Part shown: positions 58,542-64,000 of the stretch, one piece after another
How positions within the stretch are numbered: position 1 is the first letter of the stretch
Layout: each line of letters begins with the position of its first letter
Source of the DNA: Guillardia theta CCMP2712
Taxonomy: Eukaryota > Protista > Cryptophyta
Reading direction: 5' to 3'
Assembly: GCF_000315625.1 (NCBI RefSeq)
Contig: NW_005434664.1
Location: forward strand, 186,001 to 250,000
DNA: 64,000 nt
Made by a program: the position numbers and the translations under genes
The notes under the pieces: model-generated
The model's database searches: none
What the model saw: only the letters and a program-made list of their open reading frames with translations
What the model was told of the DNA's origin: nothing

Positions 58542-60608
58542 TCATGGGCCCTCAGACGCTGCCGTTTCGCTTTTGATCTCTGGCAACGGATGAGCTACTC
58601 CTCCCTGTTTACTGTTCCCTCGCCCCTGTCTCCTCCAGTTTCCTTCTGCCCCTGCCTCTCCTCGAGCTGACGATCCTCGACTGCCATCCAGGGGAAGCTG
58701 GTAGGCCTCTCTCAGAGTCATCACAGAAGCTCCTTGCCGGAAGAGGTTGTCTCCATGGCCCGGGCGGTTCACTATCGCCATGGCATCGGCTTCCGAGAGC
58801 TCCTTGAGAAGGAGAGCATAGCTGGTGTCGTCCAGCCGACGGAGAGAAACCTTGCTGGGGGCAAACCAGCCACAAACATTCTTGATCGACGATTCGGAGG
58901 GGAGACCGATGACAACCAGGGTGGTCATGTCCTCATCCAGGAGTCGGTCTTGCGCCTGATCCACACAGACTGATTTGAAGTTTCTTGGCACGTGCAGAAC
59001 ATTCCGGGCCTTGTCTCCATCTGATAAGACGTCCCTGAACATGTCCCCAAAGATACAGCCTGTTGCAAACGCATCCCAGCCGCTTTCGTGCAGCTTCTGG
59101 GAGGAATAATGTTTGAAGTCACTATGAAGGGACACCCTACAGGCGGTTGAGGCATTCCGAGATCTCCTGTAAAGGTCCAAGAGGTTGGTGAGTTGGGCAT
59201 CTTCTTGTTTGAAAGCCACGTGAGCAAGGTACTTGGTATCGTACACTTGGGGGAAGCTCCTGTGAACGATGCTTTTGAACTCCATCAGAGTGTTGGGCAG
59301 ACGGCATTCAAAATGAGAGATCAGAAACATCAGGTCGTACAACCCGTTGTGTACCACCATGGGCTTCTTGCTTGATGACAGCACATTGAAAATGTGCCGA
59401 AACCCAAGACGAGATTGTAGGATCTGATGCGCTTTCTCTGTCGTACGCTTCCGCCAGCTCTCATCTCCCCGCGAGCAAACCAGCCGCATGACAAGAGGGT
59501 TGCAGGGCTCTTTCCTCGTCATCACAACCAGCTTCGGGTACTTCATCGCAACCTGCTGCTGCAGTGCAAGCCTGATGAAGGAGTTCGCACTGGGAAACAT
59601 GTATTCTTCATTCCCCGCCTGCTCGCCTACACCATTCATCCACGCATCCAGTCCATCCATGAGCCTGTTCAACAGAACAAGATCTCCCTCTCTTGTGATT
59701 GCAACAGGTCTGGACTGTCTGAACTCGCTCTTCTCCACTCCGAACTGTCTCATGACGTCATAGCGGACGTAGACCTCTCCAAGGGCATCGGTGTAAGGGA
59801 TCCCATCGTAGAACCATCGGTTGAAGTCCAGCTGGCACTGCCCTATGTGAAACTCGTGGATGGTGTTGACGTCCAATGTTACCCGAGGGCTCGAGCTTGA
59901 CCTGGAGGAGGGGAACACGAAGAAAGTGTAGGGTCTAGCGATCAACCCACCATTCTTCTCATCCTTGTGAAAGATGCACAGCCCTACAGATATGATGCTG
60001 TTCGAGGAAGCGACCTCTCGCATCTTCATGTACCGATCTTCGAGGTCCTCCATCCATTGGAATTCGTCGTAGGTCTGCAACGAAGTCATCTCAAGGTCCA
60101 GAGTGTAAAATTCACAGGATGGCAGCATGCTCTCGATCTGACTAGCAACTTGCGGGAACATCGAGCGATCGATGAAGGACTTCTTGGATTTTGCAGGTCT
60201 CCAAAGGCCGAAAGTTGATGACAATTCAGGGATAGACTTGAGATAAGTCAAAGGGTTAACCCTCTTCGAGATGGACTTGCAGGCTTCGATCACAAGGCTT
60301 CCCACTCGTCTCAGCATCGAACTCTTTGGCATGGAGCGTCTTTCATGAACTTGATCCAACCTCCACTTGCTCGCCTCGTAGGTCGGCTTGCTGATCTTGT
60401 CAACTCCTCTGAGTTCGGTGGAGCATCGACTATGATGGGTCCTATCCATGTCGACGGATTTCAGACCAGCATTGGAGTTGATTCTCACTGATAACGTTGG
60501 TGCCATCAACAGTAAACACATCAAGAACAAGCTGAGGGATGCCTTTGCTGATCGGCTGCAAGTCAGCATGCCTGCGAGGCGAAAGCTGCTTGCTAGCAAG
60601 GTTCCCAT
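58542..60608 (-). CDS. CAF1-family/PARN-like DEDD poly(A) ribonuclease with an R3H-like insert and a long N-terminal leader; intronless
   Basis: FYTLDLEMTSL, LDFNRWFYDGIPY, NSFIRLALQQ, LGFRHIF, KKPMVVHNGLYDLMFL, FPQVYDTKYLA and LHESGWDAFATG; all DEDDh residues are present. Confidence 0.9.
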   Translation of the reverse strand: MGTLLASSFRLAGMLTCSRSAKASLSLFLMCLLLMAPTLSVRINSNAGLKSVDMDRTHHSRCSTELRGVDKISKPTYEASKWRLDQVHERRSMPKSSMLRRVGSLVIEACKSISKRVNPLTYLKSIPELSSTFGLWRPAKSKKSFIDRSMFPQVASQIESMLPSCEFYTLDLEMTSLQTYDEFQWMEDLEDRYMKMREVASSNSIISVGLCIFHKDEKNGGLIARPYTFFVFPSSRSSSSPRVTLDVNTIHEFHIGQCQLDFNRWFYDGIPYTDALGEVYVRYDVMRQFGVEKSEFRQSRPVAITREGDLVLLNRLMDGLDAWMNGVGEQAGNEEYMFPSANSFIRLALQQQVAMKYPKLVVMTRKEPCNPLVMRLVCSRGDESWRKRTTEKAHQILQSRLGFRHIFNVLSSSKKPMVVHNGLYDLMFLISHFECRLPNTLMEFKSIVHRSFPQVYDTKYLAHVAFKQEDAQLTNLLDLYRRSRNASTACRVSLHSDFKHYSSQKLHESGWDAFATGCIFGDMFRDVLSDGDKARNVLHVPRNFKSVCVDQAQDRLLDEDMTTLVVIGLPSESSIKNVCGWFAPSKVSLRRLDDTSYALLLKELSEADAMAIVNRPGHGDNLFRQGASVMTLREAYQLPLDGSRGSSARGEAGAEGNWRRQGRGNSKQGGVAHPLPEIKSETAASEGP

Positions 60609-60869
60609 GGATCGCTCAGAGAGGCTATCATTCTTCCTCTAGTCTCCTGTATAGTTCCATCTACTCTTATGTCTTCTGTGCTGGCAGCAACTCCTTCTTT
60701 CCTCTCCCCCTCCCCTCATTATTGCCCATGTCCGTCGACATGGTGAACTTGGGACGAGGCCATTTGGAATCCGTCCCTTCCTCAGTTTCATTCATGAGGA
60801 CAACTTGGTTTTAAAACTCTTCCTGTCATATTCAAAATTCTAATTGGGAATTTTGACAAGACTCAACAG

Positions 60870-61600
60870 TGACTCCGGGCCCGAGCGGTGACTCTCTCGT
60901 CAGCGACCGTACCCGGTGACCCGCCGGGCCGCCGCACGCACTGCCCCACTGATGCAACCGGTTGAACCGGCCCGGGGATTTTTAATCAATCACGGCAGCC
61001 CGCGGCCGCCGGTAAACTTTGAAAGGCTCAGTGAGTCACTGTCCGACGGACCGTACTCACGGTCGCCGGCCCGCCCGCGCCGGCGCCGCGGCGCGGCCCG
61101 CCGGGGCCGGGGCCACTGGCGGCGGCAAGGGCCGGAAGTTTGAACTTGTTGAGTAACTGAGTCGACGAGCGGCGATCGGACCCGAGGCACCCCGTGACCG
61201 TGCCGTTCACTCACTCGGACCGTCGCCGGACGTTGCCAAGTTGAACCGTTGAACCGTGCCGGCCCGGCCCGGGCCGCGGCGCGTCCGACGGACCGTGCCA
61301 ATACTACGGGCCGGGCGGCGCCGCGAGCCCGGCTCCGGCCCCCGGGAGCCCGGTGATCGGACAGCGGCCTCCGATGATGCCGCCGCCGCGGCGCGCAGTG
61401 CGCCGCGGGCCCGGGGCCCGCCCGGCCGGGACCCCAGGAGCGGCGCCCGGCCTGGTGATCGGACACTGCGGCGGCCCAGCCCGGTAAAACGGGCCCGTCA
61501 GGCTTGCCAAGAAGTTGCCGCGCCGGCGGCGAATACTGAAATTGACCGGCACTCGAAGGTTGCGAGGCTGTATCGGAGCCTCGGAGGCAACCGTTGCAAC
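60870..61600. other. Very GC-rich intergenic island of micro-palindromes and micro-duplications
   Basis: Dense CCGG/GGCC/CCGCGG and local duplications such as gttgaaccgttgaaccg; similar islands occur elsewhere in the window. Confidence 0.6.
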
Positions 61601-61831
61601 CGTTGGCTGTAAGCCCCCCGCTGGTTTGTCGGGGAGCAGTCACGAGACGGCAGGGTCGAGATGGTCTAGAAGGTTCTTACGAAGGGTCAGACGGCCTTCT
61701 ACCCCGAAGAAGATTCAAAATTAAAAACAAATATCCGGGGAGATACCTGGGAGATACCCTCGACTTCTTCATCTCGCCCTCCTCTGCAGCCTGCTCTGCA
61801 GCCTCGTGCTACTGGTATCATCCGCCACAGC

Positions 61832-62179
61832 ATGACACGCGTCCTCGCCATCACCATCGTCGACCTCCCTCCCTCTCCCCCCTCCCCTCCCCGTCGCCCC
61901 TCCCGCCCCTGCTTCAGACTCTCCCCCTCCCAGCAGGCATACCTCGATGCTCAGGTGCCCACGTCGCCGTGTGCGGAGGAGGCGAGGCAGCCTGCAGGGA
62001 GAGGTGTGAGGGTGGAGTCGGAGGGGAAGGAGCTGATGCAGGGAGTGATGGAGGCGAGGAAGGCAGCAGCAGGGCTCAAGAAGGGACGACAGGAGGGAAC
62101 GGGCGCGAGCTGGCGGAGCCAAGTGTTTGCGGAGTCCTTCGAGGACGTGACGGCGGGGGCACTGGAGTTTCATGCATGA
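61832..62179 (+). CDS. Small unknown protein, family B copy 2 (115 aa)
   Basis: MTRVLAITIVDL..FRLSPSQQAYLDAQ..ESFEDVTAGALEFHA. Confidence 0.6.
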   Translation: MTRVLAITIVDLPPSPPSPPRRPSRPCFRLSPSQQAYLDAQVPTSPCAEEARQPAGRGVRVESEGKELMQGVMEARKAAAGLKKGRQEGTGASWRSQVFAESFEDVTAGALEFHA

Positions 62180-62581
62180 GCAAGAAGGGGAGTGTCGGAA
62201 GACAGTTGCAGCCTTGACGCGAATTGAGGATGTACGATGTAGGATAGATGTAAGTTAAGCGAGGGAACGATTGAATAAATTCATTTATACAATCATACAA
62301 TTCTGATAACCTTTCAATGTGCATGTTTAAACCTCTACAGTTGTGAAAAACAGCCTTGAAATGTGCATGAATACATGATGTCAATATCAAATTCCTTCAA
62401 ATCAGTTGTTCGAATACCTTTTTTCGCTTGGAATTGTGAAATTATTTTGGCTGTTGTGAAACACAAATCAAAAGGTTCGCCCGAGTTGAAATACACTCAT
62501 ATCACTATGTTTATTCCCATGCTTGAGCTTACATCTATCGTACATCGTACCTTCCCCACCTCTATTTAGCTTGATCAAAGC

Positions 62582-62929
62582 TCATGCATGAAACTCCAGT
62601 GCCCCCGCCGTCACGTCCTCGAAGGACTCCGCAAACACAGTGATCCGCCAGCTCGCGCTCGTCCTCCCCTGTCTCCCCTTCTTGAGCCCTGCTGCTGCCT
62701 TCCTCGCCTCCATCACTCCCCGCATCAGCTCCTTCCCCTCCGACTCCACCCTCACACCTCTCCCTGCCGGCTGCCTCGCCTCCTCCGCACACGGCGATAG
62801 GGCGCGTGAGCATCGAGGTATGCCTGCTGGGAGGGGGAGAGTCTGAAGCAGGGGCGGGAGGGGCGACGAAGAGGGGAGGGGGGAGAGGGAGGGAGGTCGA
62901 CGATGGTGATGGCGAGGACGCGTGTCATG
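62582..62929 (-). pseudogene. Family B copy 3, frameshifted; inverted repeat of copy 2
   Basis: The N-terminal half (MTRVLAITIVDL..AYLDAHAP) and C-terminal half (SPCAEEARQ..ALEFHA) lie in different frames. Confidence 0.65.
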
Positions 62930-63310
62930 CGAGGGAGAGTCTGTTGCAGTCGTGTTGAAGTTGCACGAGCTCGTTGAGGAGTAAGCAAGGGCCACTGGAC
63001 TGGTGATCCCCGGGACTGCAAGTTTGACTGTCAGCGCCAGCTCAGCGGCTGTAAGTCTCTACGGCAGTACCGGACCAAGTTTCCAAACGGTGTATGTTTT
63101 AATGGGCCTCCGGAACCTTCGGAAGTTCCGACCGACTCGGAGTCGGCCGGTAGTTGCCGCCGCCCCGGCGACCGCAGTGAGCGGCGAGAGCGGCGCCGTG
63201 GTGACCGGGCCGGGCGGCCACGGCCGGGCCGGGCCGGGCCGCGACTGATCAGTCAGGGCCGGATGAAAAAAAACGCGCGCAATTTTCAAGTTTGTGGCCT
63301 GCAGAATTTC

Positions 63311-64000
63311 ATGGCAGGGATCTTTAACAAGAGTCGTCGAAGCCGATTTATAGCCAAGACAAACACAGAGTTCAAGACCAAGAAATCATCAAAATGTGCT
63401 TTCTTTGACGAGAAGTCATTTTTCAAGGAGGACAGAATGGAAGAAGTTTTTGATTTGGAAAATCCCAGGTTGATATGAATTGGAAAATTTTGAGTCCCAT
63501 CTTACCAAAGCAGGGAGATGAAAAATCCTCCATCATCAGATACTAAACCAGGCAAAAATCAAACACACCGAAATCTGTCACACTTTGATCAAGACGAGGA
63601 TGCCAAGAAGGCAAAGCCAGACGGTATATCGGAACGACAACTCGTGCTCAACCAAATGGCGAATGCAACTACACGATTTGTGAATAGTGGAAGGTATTCT
63701 GTGAATGAATCATTCTGCTTGGTGCTGAAAATCAGTGCTTTGTGTTGTGTATGCAAGGAATGAATTTCTGCTGTCTAATGAGAGGCAGTCAGCACTCAAC
63801 TATTACAATTGCAAGAATATTTTTCGGATCGTCGAGAACAAGCGCTTGGCATCGACGGATCACTTGGAGAAAGAATTCCAACACAAGCTTAATCATTTTC
63901 AAAACAGAAGCAAATGGGTTTGTTGCGATACATTTGTTCAAATTGAACTGAATCCAGGTGAAAGGTCATACATCAATTGCGAAAACACCTGCGGGCCGCT
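63311..64000 (+). CDS. 5' part of a hypothetical spliced protein running off the window
   Basis: MAGIFNKSRR..DLENPR|EMKNPP..FVNSGR|NEFLLSNERQSALNYY.. joins in frame through two GT-AG introns and stays open to the end. Confidence 0.55.

Noticed and set aside
60916-61724. Arg/Pro/Gly-rich ORFs
   Set aside because: By-products of extreme GC content in a non-coding island.

Overview
Eukaryotic nuclear DNA, inferred to be from a cryptophyte alga (Guillardia/Hanusia-like) from its many ~45-75 nt GT-AG introns and a type-1 rhodopsin resembling G. theta GtR proteins. The first 48 kb is gene-dense. It holds an EF-hand/SEA-like membrane protein, an ankyrin + polyproline + CHUP1-like protein, an eEF2K/MHCK-type alpha-kinase, a BED-finger/FHA protein, a CCDC53-motif tandem-repeat ORF, an FtsX/MacB-type permease, REV1, a TPR protein, a DTD-motif rhodopsin, an RGP/GT75-family protein, two cytochrome b561 duplicates, a BRCT-aprataxin and several hypothetical genes; there is one 100-N gap. 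48.7-63 kb is a rearranged repeat block with at least 8 copies of an unrecognised ~115-120 aa intronless gene family (types A and B, in inverted pairs), a Ty3/gypsy RT relic and an intronless PARN-like nuclease. The top non-coding observation is a 45-nt element present twice (14495-14539 +, 35630-35674 -). Each copy has TATATATA exactly 30 nt upstream, an internal CAAG|GT donor and a U5 Sm-like site, making it a candidate spliced-leader RNA gene. Gene models were spliced by eye and boundaries are approximate.
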